Positions 8,274 through 17,331 are shown, counted from the stretch's first letter. The stretch: DNA of 32,000 bases from an uncultured Opitutales bacterium (GCA_934613415.1 CAKTSY010000004.1:180001-212000), one strand, 5' to 3'. The notes: generated from the letters alone by a model not told the origin. Program-made: numbers and translations.

Positions 8274-9732
8274 TTCAACAAAAACATTTTTATTATGCAC
8301 ACTGTGCGCCGCGTTGTGCGGCTGCATGGTTGGCCCCGACTTCGAAAAGCCCGAAGCCGACAAGCTGCTAGGAGAAAGCTATTCCAAAAAGTCCGACAAA
8401 GCCGACAGCCTGGCACTTGCCGCATGGTGGAAAACATTTGACGACGACGAACTAAATTCGCTTATAGAGCGCGCATTAAGCCAAAATCTTGATTTGGAAG
8501 TTGCAAGATACAGGGTTTTGCAGGCAAGGGCAAACTTGGGTATTGCGCAAAGCTCGCTTTTGCCCGTTGTAGACATTAACGCCGCAATGGCCGAAAAAAC
8601 CAAAAACACGATGCTAGACAAGTCAAGCCCGACGTATTCTGCAGGGCTAAAAAGCTCGTGGGAAATAGACGTTTTTGGGGCTACAAGGCGCGAAATAGAA
8701 TCTAAAATTGCGCTGTACGAGGCGGCATTTGCAAGTCAGGCCGCAACAAGAATAGCCATTGCCGCCGAAGTTGCCGACTGCTACTTTAAATATAGGGCAA
8801 CCCAAATATGCCTTATAATTACAAAGAAAAACCTGCAAACGCAAAAAAACACCTGCCAAATAACGCAGCAAAGGCGCAACAACGGTTTTGTTTCCGAGCT
8901 GGACGTTGTAAGGGCGCAAGCGCAGGTAGAAAGCACAATGTCGGAAATTCCCACACTAGAAAGCACGCTTAAAACCGCGCAAAACGCGCTGGAACTTTTG
9001 CTTGCGGTAAAAAGCGGCTCTCTTAAAGACGAGCTTGAAGGAACGCCCGCAAAGCTTCCCGATTTGGAAAACTACATACCCTACGGCGTTCCCGCCGAGC
9101 TTTTGGAACGCCGCCCCGACATTATAGCCGCCGAATACGACTTTAGGCAGGCAATGGCGCAAATAGGGGTTGCCCAAGCCGACTTGCTCCCAAAATTTTC
9201 GATAACGGGCAGCATTTCCTATCAGGCTCCCGACATAGGCAATATGTTCCAAAACCAATACGGAACGTGGTCGGTTGGCCCAAATATTTCGTGGAATATA
9301 TTTAATGCGGGCAAAACCCTGTTTAACATAGAACGCCAAAAAACTGCGGCAAAAGAATACGAAGCAAAATGGAAACAAACCGTTTTAACCGCGGCAAAAG
9401 AGGTTGAAGACGGCATTGTTTCGTCGCAAAAAAGCAGGCAAAAAATAGACATCTTAATAGAATTGGTAAGGAAAAACCAAAAGGCTTTCGACATATCAAA
9501 AAAGCTCTATAGCGAGGGCGAGCTAGAGTTTTTAGATTTGCTTGAAACGCAAAGGTCGCTTTTAACCTCGGAGCAAAATTTGGTTAACAACCGCAAAAAC
9601 CTTATAAGCGACTTTATTTCGCTATACAAAGCACTGGGCGGCGGCTGGAGCATAGACTACATAAACAACCAAAAAAAGGATTTGCAAAAATACATAATCT
9701 TTACCGACGGCGACTCGCTTAGCCTGTTTTAA
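8266..9732 (+). CDS. Outer-membrane efflux lipoprotein, NodT/TolC family
   Basis: Lipobox LCAALCGC followed by GPDFEKPE. Two-repeat OEP-like sequence ending in YKALGGGW. The ATG overlaps the permease stop by 8 nt. Confidence 0.9.
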   Translation: MNNSTKTFLLCTLCAALCGCMVGPDFEKPEADKLLGESYSKKSDKADSLALAAWWKTFDDDELNSLIERALSQNLDLEVARYRVLQARANLGIAQSSLLPVVDINAAMAEKTKNTMLDKSSPTYSAGLKSSWEIDVFGATRREIESKIALYEAAFASQAATRIAIAAEVADCYFKYRATQICLIITKKNLQTQKNTCQITQQRRNNGFVSELDVVRAQAQVESTMSEIPTLESTLKTAQNALELLLAVKSGSLKDELEGTPAKLPDLENYIPYGVPAELLERRPDIIAAEYDFRQAMAQIGVAQADLLPKFSITGSISYQAPDIGNMFQNQYGTWSVGPNISWNIFNAGKTLFNIERQKTAAKEYEAKWKQTVLTAAKEVEDGIVSSQKSRQKIDILIELVRKNQKAFDISKKLYSEGELEFLDLLETQRSLLTSEQNLVNNRKNLISDFISLYKALGGGWSIDYINNQKKDLQKYIIFTDGDSLSLF

Positions 9733-9756
9733 CAAAACATAAGATAAAACCAAAAA

Positions 9757-9787
9757 CCGACTGTCTTTTTGCACAGCCGGTTTTTTG
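9757..9787 (+). terminator. Rho-independent terminator of the efflux operon
   Basis: CCGACTGT (9757-9764) pairs with ACAGCCGG (9773-9780) with one mismatch and an 8-nt loop; TTTTTT at 9781-9786. Confidence 0.75.
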
Positions 9788-9788
9788 C

Positions 9789-9817
9789 TTGAAGGGCAAT
9801 GAAAAAGCGTTGATAAT
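9789..9817 (+). promoter_or_regulatory. Candidate sigma70-type promoter of the 541-aa orphan gene
   Basis: TTGAAG (9789-9794), 17-nt spacer, GATAAT (9812-9817). This implies a leader of only about 10 nt before ATG 9834. Confidence 0.4.
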
Positions 9818-9833
9818 CGCCAAATCAGTAATA

Positions 9834-11459
9834 ATGAAAGCATTTCATATTTTTGCCTTTTTTACACTTACAATGTGCGCTTTAACTGCGCAAGTTTTGC
9901 CCACCGATTTGCAATTTAGCCGGTTGGCTGTACGCAGATTCGTTTTCGACAACAATATAAACTTGTGCGAATTTTTGCCCTCCAAAATAGTTGCGTTCAA
10001 CGGCATGTATCCCGTTTTGGGCGTGTCGGAAAACGGCAAACCAAACTATGTGAAAAGGGACTTTAAAGACCCAAGCGGCCGCGATTTTGTTTTTGAAAAC
10101 TACGGCGACAAACTTTGCGCAATAGGCATAGGCGGCGTTTTTCCATTCGCCTGCTACGAAACGCAAATAAACGGCATAAAAAGCGAAAACGGCAACCGCT
10201 TTTCGACCGGAATCGTTATAGGCGATAATACCCTGAGAAATTCGGTAAGGTTTTTTTGCGAAAAGTCGGGGCAAAACACAAGCATTGTTTTCGACGAATT
10301 TTCGGACGGCAAAAAAACGCAGTCGCGCCAAATTCTTAAAAACGCCCCCCTGCCGCCCTTTAAGCTTATTGTGCAACTCTACGGAAACTGTGCCGCAGTC
10401 TTTACCGAAAAAGACGGCAAAACAAGCTATGTTTGGCACATGCAAAAAGGCGACTTTTTCGGCAAAAACTGCGATTTTAGAATAAGGAAAACCGCGGCAA
10501 AAGGCATTTTCGGGATTTTCTCGGAAGGCTTTGGTTCGGCAAAAATCGGCGCGGCAAAACAGTATATTTCGGCCGGCATAGGCCAGGCCGATTTAAGGGC
10601 TGTAAAATATTCAGACTTAAGCCCCTATATGGAAAACGGCAGGCTTTACTTTACGTTTTCGGCGCGCGGGCTATACACGGCGCAATCGGTACAGGGCGTT
10701 TTAAGTTTTAACCCGTCGGTTTTCGATATAAAATTCGAGGGTCTTATTCTGTTCGACCACGGCGACGGCCTGCTTAGAAACGACTATGCAAGCCATCTGT
10801 TTTTCGACAAAAATTCGAATAAATGGAGGGCAATTTCGTGCGACTTTGGCGGAACAAAAAATAGGGACGACAGAACTTATACGGGGCTTTTGTTTGCCGA
10901 AAGCGATAAAAATCCCCTTAGGGGAATTTCGGTTATGAGGGCATACCGCGCCGAACCCGAAAACATACCGGGCCACAACGAAGACCCTTCGCTTTACTAC
11001 GACAACAACGCAAAAAAATACCGCCTGCTTACAAGCAAATTTGTAGAAAACAATATCGTTTGCGCCCTGTACGAATCCGACAAATGGGACGGCGATTTTA
11101 CCGAAATTGCGAGGCTTAAAGATACGAATTCTACGGGAACTTCGATTTGCGAAATAGGCGGCAAGCCCTACTGCCTTATGGGCGGCAATGGGCTAAGCAA
11201 CAATTCCGAACAAAAATATTCGCAAAACCTGCGCGTGCACAGCTACCCCGATTTAAAATATCTGGGCGACTTAAATTTAAACTTTCCGCCCCACGCGCCG
11301 AAGCCGCCAAAAAGAATTTGGGCCGATATTGTAACCCTGCCCGAAGGCTACCCTTATAAATACGTTCTCTTAACTATGGACAGAGCCAATTTTCCGAATG
11401 TAAAAGGCGCAAATTGGAGCTACGGGGCCTTGTATCTTTTCGGAGCCTTGCTGCCCTAG
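9834..11459 (+). CDS. Secreted hypothetical protein (541 aa), function unknown
   Basis: Long ORF with consistent codon usage. ATG 9834 gives the signal-peptide-like N-terminus MKAFHIFAFFTLTMCALTAQV. The ORF-track start at TTG 9789 coincides with the promoter -35. I recognise no catalytic motif; the composition looks all-beta. Confidence 0.7.
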   Translation: MKAFHIFAFFTLTMCALTAQVLPTDLQFSRLAVRRFVFDNNINLCEFLPSKIVAFNGMYPVLGVSENGKPNYVKRDFKDPSGRDFVFENYGDKLCAIGIGGVFPFACYETQINGIKSENGNRFSTGIVIGDNTLRNSVRFFCEKSGQNTSIVFDEFSDGKKTQSRQILKNAPLPPFKLIVQLYGNCAAVFTEKDGKTSYVWHMQKGDFFGKNCDFRIRKTAAKGIFGIFSEGFGSAKIGAAKQYISAGIGQADLRAVKYSDLSPYMENGRLYFTFSARGLYTAQSVQGVLSFNPSVFDIKFEGLILFDHGDGLLRNDYASHLFFDKNSNKWRAISCDFGGTKNRDDRTYTGLLFAESDKNPLRGISVMRAYRAEPENIPGHNEDPSLYYDNNAKKYRLLTSKFVENNIVCALYESDKWDGDFTEIARLKDTNSTGTSICEIGGKPYCLMGGNGLSNNSEQKYSQNLRVHSYPDLKYLGDLNLNFPPHAPKPPKRIWADIVTLPEGYPYKYVLLTMDRANFPNVKGANWSYGALYLFGALLP

Positions 11460-12793
11460 CATAGGCAGAGCAAAACAACCATAAGCAAAAACAGCAGCCA
11501 AGTGCCAAGAGGTATTTCTTTTGCCTTGCCCGTAAATATGCGTATTGCCACATACGAAATTACGCCAAGGGCAAGCCCTTCGCTTATCTTGAACGAAAAC
11601 GCTATCATCAGCATACAAAACACAGCGGGTATAAGCTCCGACATATCGTCGAACTTAAGGGTTTTTATGCCCTGCATCATAAGCACGCCCACAATAATCA
11701 AAGCGGGAGCAGCCGCCTGAATTGGAATTGCGCAAATAAGCTGCCCGAAAAACAGCGAAAGCAAAAAGAACACGCCCACAAAAAGCGCGCACAACCCCGT
11801 TTTTGCGCCCGACTGTATGCCCGTAGCCGATTCCACAAACGAGCTTGTTGTAGAAGTTCCCAAAAGCGCGCCGGCTATTGTCGAAAACGCGTCGGCTGTA
11901 AGCGCGTTGCCCAAATTTTCCATATGGCCGTTTTCGTCCATAAGCCCCGAGCGTTTGCCCATTGCAATTATCGTTCCAAGCGAATCGAAAATATCCATCA
12001 TAAACAATACCACTATTACGGGGAAAGCCGTTTTAAAATCCCTAAACAAAAAGCCCAAATCCATCTTAAAAAATGTTTGGTCTATATTGTGCGGCATGGC
12101 AAAAATTTTAGACGGCACTTCGGCTATTTTAACACCGTGCGAATTTGTTATAAACATTGCAAGCACCGTCATTATAAAGATAGAAAGCATTACCGCCGTT
12201 TTATAGCCCTTTGCAACAAGAACGGCAACCAGCAACATTCCGCCCAAGGCATACTGCGTTTCGGGTTTCGAAATATCGGCCAACGAAACAAGTGTGTTGG
12301 TGTTGCCAACAATAATGCCCGCGCTTTGCAGCCCGAAAAACGCAATAAACACCCCTATCCCGCACTGAAGCCCAATCTGCAACGCCTTTGGAACAGCATA
12401 TACAAGTTTTTCTCGCAAGCCCGTAATTGATATAATCAAAAATATTATGCCGTTGTAGAAAACAAGCCCCAAAGCCTCGCGCCAGCCAACACCCATGCCC
12501 AAACACACCACAAGCGAAAAGTACGCGTTAGAGCCCATTGCAGGAGCAGCGGCTATGGGCAAATTGCCCATAAACGCCATAAAAAAGCAGCCTACGGCCG
12601 CGGCAAGAGCCGTTACCGTAACCAAAGTGGGCTTGTCCATACCCGCCTGCGAGAGAACCGCGGGGTTAACCGCCAGTATGTACGACATTGCGACAAAGGT
12701 AGCCATAGCTCCGCATAACTCGGTTTTCACCGAAGTTTTACGCTCCGACAATTTGAAAAACTTGTCGGCTTTTTTCGACAAAAAATTATCCAT
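11456..12793 (-). CDS. Purine (adenine/guanine/hypoxanthine) permease, AzgA-type NCS2 family
   Basis: 445 aa and polytopic. N-terminus FKLSERKTSVKTELCGAMATFVAMSYILAVNPAVLSQAGMD is typical of AzgA/PbuG-like permeases. Confidence 0.9.
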   Translation of the reverse strand: MDNFLSKKADKFFKLSERKTSVKTELCGAMATFVAMSYILAVNPAVLSQAGMDKPTLVTVTALAAAVGCFFMAFMGNLPIAAAPAMGSNAYFSLVVCLGMGVGWREALGLVFYNGIIFLIISITGLREKLVYAVPKALQIGLQCGIGVFIAFFGLQSAGIIVGNTNTLVSLADISKPETQYALGGMLLVAVLVAKGYKTAVMLSIFIMTVLAMFITNSHGVKIAEVPSKIFAMPHNIDQTFFKMDLGFLFRDFKTAFPVIVVLFMMDIFDSLGTIIAMGKRSGLMDENGHMENLGNALTADAFSTIAGALLGTSTTSSFVESATGIQSGAKTGLCALFVGVFFLLSLFFGQLICAIPIQAAAPALIIVGVLMMQGIKTLKFDDMSELIPAVFCMLMIAFSFKISEGLALGVISYVAIRIFTGKAKEIPLGTWLLFLLMVVLLCLC

Positions 12794-13007
12794 TTAAAAT
12801 ATCGTCGGTATACAACGCCATTATGTTTAAAACATCGCCGTTTTTAAGCAGTAGGCTACAATAGGCCTCGTAGTGCATAAGGCGGCCGTTTAAGTTTACA
12901 ACGCACTTTTCGGGTCTAAAACCGAAGGCCTGGATAAACTGCGCAACGCTCATTGGCGGCTGTATTTGGTAGGCATTGCTGTTTGCGGTTATACTTATTT
13001 CTTCCAT
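12786..13007 (-). CDS. ThiS/MoaD-like beta-grasp small protein lacking the C-terminal Gly-Gly
   Basis: 73 aa. The core MSVAQFIQAFGFRPEKCVVNLNGRLMHYEAYCSLLLKNGDVLNIM follows the ThiS pattern, but the C-terminus reads ALYTDDILNG. The stop overlaps the permease ATG by 8 nt (ATGGATAA). Confidence 0.6.
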   Translation of the reverse strand: MEEISITANSNAYQIQPPMSVAQFIQAFGFRPEKCVVNLNGRLMHYEAYCSLLLKNGDVLNIMALYTDDILNG

Positions 13008-13014
13008 AAAAATT

Positions 13015-13650
13015 TTAAAGGCTTTTTACACATTCAAGCATAAGTTCAGGCTGCGAAAAGTCTGCAAAAATATTTTTGGTATATTTTAAAATGGCAGCTT
13101 CGCCCAAAGTGGTGCTAAGTCCAATAAGGTGCATTTTTGCGTTTAAGGCCGCCTGCATTCCGCTTTCGGAGTCTTCAAAAACCACACAGTTTTCGGGAAG
13201 TACCCCAAGTTTTTCGGCGGCAATTAAATAGCATTGCGGGTTGGGTTTGCCTTCGCTTACAAAGTCGCTTGTAATTTCGGCGTCGAACACGCCCGTTAAG
13301 CCGAGCTTTGCCAGGGCGTTTTTCATTTTGTTTGCCGAAGAGCTTGTAACCAACGCCTTTTTGTAGCCTTTTAAACTTTTTAAAAATTCAACCGACCCTT
13401 TAATCGGCGCAAAATCCATATTTGCCTCCAATCGGCGCAGGTCTTTTATAACGCGCTCTTCTATTACGGCTTCGTCGAATTTGCCGAAATACTGCGCCAA
13501 AATATTCTTTAGCGTGCGCCCCTTTAACAGGGCCGCAAAGTTTCCGAACCCAAGCGAAAATTCGCGGCCCTTTGCATTCCAAAAATCGTCGTAAATTTTT
13601 TCGGTATCGGCTATTACGCCGTCGAAATCAAATAGCAGAGAATCGACCAT
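13015..13650 (-). CDS. HAD-IA family hydrolase (beta-phosphoglucomutase/phosphatase-like)
   Basis: Motif I LFDFDGVIADTE, motif II LVTSSS, motif III EGKPNP, motif IV VFEDSESGMQAA. Confidence 0.85.
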   Translation of the reverse strand: MVDSLLFDFDGVIADTEKIYDDFWNAKGREFSLGFGNFAALLKGRTLKNILAQYFGKFDEAVIEERVIKDLRRLEANMDFAPIKGSVEFLKSLKGYKKALVTSSSANKMKNALAKLGLTGVFDAEITSDFVSEGKPNPQCYLIAAEKLGVLPENCVVFEDSESGMQAALNAKMHLIGLSTTLGEAAILKYTKNIFADFSQPELMLECVKSL

Positions 13651-13712
13651 AATCGCCCAATATTGTATATGCTTTTTTTGCGGTCAAACGTTTTTGCTTA
13701 AAAAAATGCGGG

Positions 13713-14666
13713 CTACAGTCCCAACAGTTTAAACCCAAAAACAATCCATAAAGGCAAAACAAGCAAAGCCAAAAGCGAAGTTGCAACCGTTATTTGCACC
13801 GACATTTGCGGATTGCCGCCGAAGTGTTTTGCCAAAACCGCCGCCGTTACGCCGCAAGGGGCAACCGCCTCGAACACAAGCACGGTTTTCAACGCATGGT
13901 CTATAGGCAATATGTAGGCAGCCGCAATAAAAACGGCGGGCATTATAAACATTCTTATTAAAACGGCAACCGACAGCACCTTGTAGTTTATATTGCTAAA
14001 GCCCCAAAAGTCGGCAAGCAAACAGCCGAACATAATCAGGTTTAAAGGAATAGAGGCATTGCCTATCATTGAAAGGCTGTTTAGCGCAAATTTCGGGATA
14101 TATACATTTAAGCCGCTCCAAATTATACCCAACGCCAAAAACACCGCAAAAACCGGGCCTTTCAGCAAAAGTCTAATCGAAAAGGGAACGCCCCTTGCCA
14201 AAAGCAAAAAGCACAGCGACCAAAAAACCAAGTCGCACCCAACGTTGTGCGTTAACGCAATTCCCAAATATGGGCTGTCTTTAGGGTACAGCAAAAACAG
14301 CATAGAAACCACAAAAAAGCCGTAGTTTTGTGTTGCTGTAGTAACAGCAAATGTTCTAAGCCCGTCGCCTACCTTTAGCTTAAGCAAATATTTGGCAAAA
14401 AAATACGATACCGCCAAGGCAACCACAAGCCCTATGGCCCCAGCCGAAATACAACTTAGCGAAAGACCCACGCTTTTAAGTTTGTCGTTGCCCAGCATAT
14501 TGTAGAAAATAAAGCAGGGTATGCAAACGTCTATGCTAAGGCGCACAAAAGACGAGTCGCTTTCCTTTTTCAGAAAACCGAATCGGCGCAGCGCAAAGCC
14601 CGCCAATATTATTATGTATATGGGAATTGTTGCCGACAACGCCTCGGCGGCAAAAGTCCAATTCAT
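13713..14666 (-). CDS. AEC (auxin efflux carrier-like) family membrane transporter
   Basis: 317 aa with about 10 hydrophobic segments in a 5+5 arrangement. The N-terminus IPIYIIILAGFALRRFGFL is typical of the family. The start lies 4 nt after the purT stop. Confidence 0.8.
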   Translation of the reverse strand: MNWTFAAEALSATIPIYIIILAGFALRRFGFLKKESDSSFVRLSIDVCIPCFIFYNMLGNDKLKSVGLSLSCISAGAIGLVVALAVSYFFAKYLLKLKVGDGLRTFAVTTATQNYGFFVVSMLFLLYPKDSPYLGIALTHNVGCDLVFWSLCFLLLARGVPFSIRLLLKGPVFAVFLALGIIWSGLNVYIPKFALNSLSMIGNASIPLNLIMFGCLLADFWGFSNINYKVLSVAVLIRMFIMPAVFIAAAYILPIDHALKTVLVFEAVAPCGVTAAVLAKHFGGNPQMSVQITVATSLLALLVLPLWIVFGFKLLGL

Positions 14667-14670
14667 ATAA

Positions 14671-15855
14671 CTACTCGGCCTTGATTACAAGGTCGTTTAA
14701 CATTTCCTTGGTAACCGAGCGAGCTTCGTCTACACTGTTGCGGCGAGCAAGCAAAACGGCCATGCGGCGGTGCCCCCTAACCTCGGGCTTGCCGAAAATT
14801 CGCATATCCGTAAGCGGGCGGTCTAAAACCTTGTCGATGTTCGAAAACTCGACATTGTTGTAATTGCCCTCTAAAACAACCGCCCTGCTTGCGCTCGGGC
14901 CAAGTTGCTCTATGTAGTTTACGGGAATGCCCAAAATTGCGCGGGCATGTATTGCAAATTGCGAAAGGTTTTGCGAAATCATTGTAACCATACCCGTGTC
15001 GTGCGGGCGGGGCGAAACTTCGCTAAAAATAACATCGTTGCCGCAAACAAAAAGCTCTACGCCGAAAATCCCGTAGCCGCCCAAAGCGTCGGTAATCTGC
15101 TTTGCGTATTTTTGCGCGGTCTGCAAGGCCTCGGGCGACATTGCCGCGGGCTGCCAGCTTTCGCGGTAGTCGCCGTCTACCTGAATGTGGCCTACGGGCC
15201 GGCAAAACGAAGTGCCCTTGCTGTGGCGCACGGTAAGCATTGTAATTTCGTAGTCGAATTTTATAAAGCCCTCCACAATAACCTCGCCTTCGCCCGATCG
15301 GCCGCCGTGCTGCGAATAGTCCCAAGCTTTGTCTATGTCATCTTGGCTTTTTACAACGCTTTGCCCGTGTCCCGACGAGCTCATTATGGGTTTTACAACA
15401 CACGGCATTCCTATTTTGTTAACTGCCGCAACAAACTCGTCTTTGTTCTTTGCAAACATATAAGGCGAGGTTTTCATACCCAATTTTTCGGCTGCCAATG
15501 TGCGGATATTTTTCCTGTTCATTGTAAAGTTTACGGCCTTTGCGGTGGGAACTACGTTAAAGCCCTTTTCTTCCAGCTTTAAAAGTCTTTCGGTTGCAAT
15601 CGCCTCTACTTCGGGGATTATGTAGTCGGGCTTTTCGCTTTCTATGATTTTTTCTATAGCGTCGCCGTCTAGCATAGAAACAACGTATTTGCGGTCGGCA
15701 ACCTGCATTGCAGGGGCGTTGTCGTATTTGTCTACGGCAATAACCTCTACGCCCAGTCTTTTCATTTCTATAACAACTTCTTTGCCCAGCTCGCCGCTGC
15801 CCAAAAGAAGGGCTTTTGTTGCGCTGTCTTTAAATACGGTGCCTATTTTTGTCAT
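14671..15855 (-). CDS. purT: Formate-dependent phosphoribosylglycinamide formyltransferase (GAR transformylase 2)
   Basis: 394 aa, collinear with E. coli PurT: [66 protein letters not shown]. Confidence 0.95.
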   Translation of the reverse strand: MTKIGTVFKDSATKALLLGSGELGKEVVIEMKRLGVEVIAVDKYDNAPAMQVADRKYVVSMLDGDAIEKIIESEKPDYIIPEVEAIATERLLKLEEKGFNVVPTAKAVNFTMNRKNIRTLAAEKLGMKTSPYMFAKNKDEFVAAVNKIGMPCVVKPIMSSSGHGQSVVKSQDDIDKAWDYSQHGGRSGEGEVIVEGFIKFDYEITMLTVRHSKGTSFCRPVGHIQVDGDYRESWQPAAMSPEALQTAQKYAKQITDALGGYGIFGVELFVCGNDVIFSEVSPRPHDTGMVTMISQNLSQFAIHARAILGIPVNYIEQLGPSASRAVVLEGNYNNVEFSNIDKVLDRPLTDMRIFGKPEVRGHRRMAVLLARRNSVDEARSVTKEMLNDLVIKAE

Positions 15856-15939
15856 TTTAATTGCCTTTAAACTGTTTTTTAGAAAAAATTACCTTTGTAT
15901 TTTAGGAAAAACCAAAACCCGACTTTGTCAAAGAAAATT

Positions 15940-16542
15940 ATGAACATATTTAGATACGGTAAAACCCAAACCGACTATCTTTCAAAAAAAGACCCCATTT
16001 TGGGCGAAAAGATAAAGCTTCTTGGCAAAATTAAAAGAGAGTGCACAAACAACGCTTTCGACTTTTTAGTGCGTAGCGTTATAGCCCAGCAAATATCTTC
16101 GAAGTCGCTTGAAACAATTCTGAAAAAAGCCGAGGCAAACATAGGAGAGCTTACACCCGAAAATATTTTAAACGCAAGTACTTGCAAATTTAAAAATTGC
16201 GGCATACCCCTATATAAAACGCAAAGAATAAAACAAATTGCGCAAAATGCAGCATCCGGCGTAATAGATTTTAAAAATCTTAACAAGCTAAGCGACAACG
16301 AAGTTATAGAAAAGCTTACCTCTTTGGAAGGCGTAGGCAAATGGACGGCGCAAATGGTGCTGATTTTTGCATTAAAACGCCCCAACATATTAAGCTACGG
16401 CGACTTCGGCATAAGAAAGGGTTTGCAAAACCTGCACAATATACAAAAGCTTACAAAAAAAGACTTCGACAAATTTAGCGAACTATACTCCCCCTACGGC
16501 ACTGTTGCCGCATTCTATTTGTGGGAGATTGCAAGAATGTAG
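15940..16542 (+). CDS. HhH-GPD DNA glycosylase (3-methyladenine glycosylase II / AlkA-like)
   Basis: Helix-hairpin-helix LTSLEGVGKWTAQMVLIFAL followed by RPNILSYGDFGIRKG (catalytic Asp position). ATG 15940 is preferred over the ORF-track start at 15895. Confidence 0.8.
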   Translation: MNIFRYGKTQTDYLSKKDPILGEKIKLLGKIKRECTNNAFDFLVRSVIAQQISSKSLETILKKAEANIGELTPENILNASTCKFKNCGIPLYKTQRIKQIAQNAASGVIDFKNLNKLSDNEVIEKLTSLEGVGKWTAQMVLIFALKRPNILSYGDFGIRKGLQNLHNIQKLTKKDFDKFSELYSPYGTVAAFYLWEIARM

Positions 16543-16563
16543 CAGCCGATACAAAACTTGTGC

Positions 16564-16593
16564 TTGCTTTAACACATAAAAAAATGATAACCT
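16564..16593 (+). promoter_or_regulatory. Candidate extended -10 promoter, possibly giving a leaderless mRNA
   Basis: TTGCTT (16564-16569), 18-nt spacer, TGaTAACCT (16585-16593). The -10 ends 6 nt before ATG 16600. Confidence 0.25.
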
Positions 16594-16599
16594 AGCATT

Positions 16600-17331
16600 A
16601 TGACAAACACTGTAATATGCGCCAAGTGGGGCGACAAATACGGCCCCGAATATGTGAATAGGCTTTACAATATGGTAAAGCGAAACACCACAAAGCCGTT
16701 TAAATTTATTTGTTTTACCGACAACAACAAAGGCATTTGCAGCGAAGTTGAAACCCGCCAGCTTCCGCCTATGAACCTGCCAAACGGCAAAGAGCGCGGC
16801 TGGCGCAAACTTTCGTTTTTCGGCAAAGACGCCAATTTAAGCGGCAACGTTTTGTTTATAGATTTAGACGTAGTTATTGTGTCGAATATAGACGACTACT
16901 TTACAATGGAAGGCGACTTTATCCTTACCGAGCACTGGAAACCCAGCAAAAAACAGGGGATAGGTCAAACTTCGGTATACCGCTTTAACGCCGCAAACCA
17001 CGCCGATTTATATGAATATTTTATGGCGAACATAGACGCCGTAAAGGCAGAATATAGGCACGAGCAAGCCTATGTATGCGGAATGCTTGCCAAGCAAAAC
17101 AACATAAAGTTTTGGCCCATACAATGGATGCCCAGCTTTAAATATAAGTGTATGCGCACATTTCCCCTAAACCTTTTTATGAAACCCGTTTTGCCAAAAG
17201 AGGCAAAAATTGTGGTATTTCACGGCAACCCTACCCCCGACCAGGCTATGGCTGGCAAAACAAGGGGCTTTTTTAAGGGAATATTCAGGCACGTTATAAC
17301 CCCGCAATGGCTGAAGGACAATTGGCGTTGA
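16600..17331 (+). CDS. Uncharacterised GT-A/GT8-like putative glycosyltransferase
   Basis: 243 aa with no signal peptide or TM. The N-terminus VICAKWGDKYGPEYVNRLYNMVKRN and the DxD-like FIDLDVVIV resemble a widespread uncharacterised glycosyltransferase-like family. Confidence 0.6.
   Translation: MTNTVICAKWGDKYGPEYVNRLYNMVKRNTTKPFKFICFTDNNKGICSEVETRQLPPMNLPNGKERGWRKLSFFGKDANLSGNVLFIDLDVVIVSNIDDYFTMEGDFILTEHWKPSKKQGIGQTSVYRFNAANHADLYEYFMANIDAVKAEYRHEQAYVCGMLAKQNNIKFWPIQWMPSFKYKCMRTFPLNLFMKPVLPKEAKIVVFHGNPTPDQAMAGKTRGFFKGIFRHVITPQWLKDNWR

Noticed and set aside
15856-15939. Possible purine riboswitch or PurR-type operator in the purT/glycosylase divergent region, including the palindrome CTTTGTCAAAG at 15923-15933.
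   Set aside because: The region is only 84 nt, too short for a purine riboswitch plus expression platform. The palindrome does not resemble the PurR box (ACGCAAACGTTTGCGT type). It overlaps a TTGACA on the minus strand that may simply be a -35 element.
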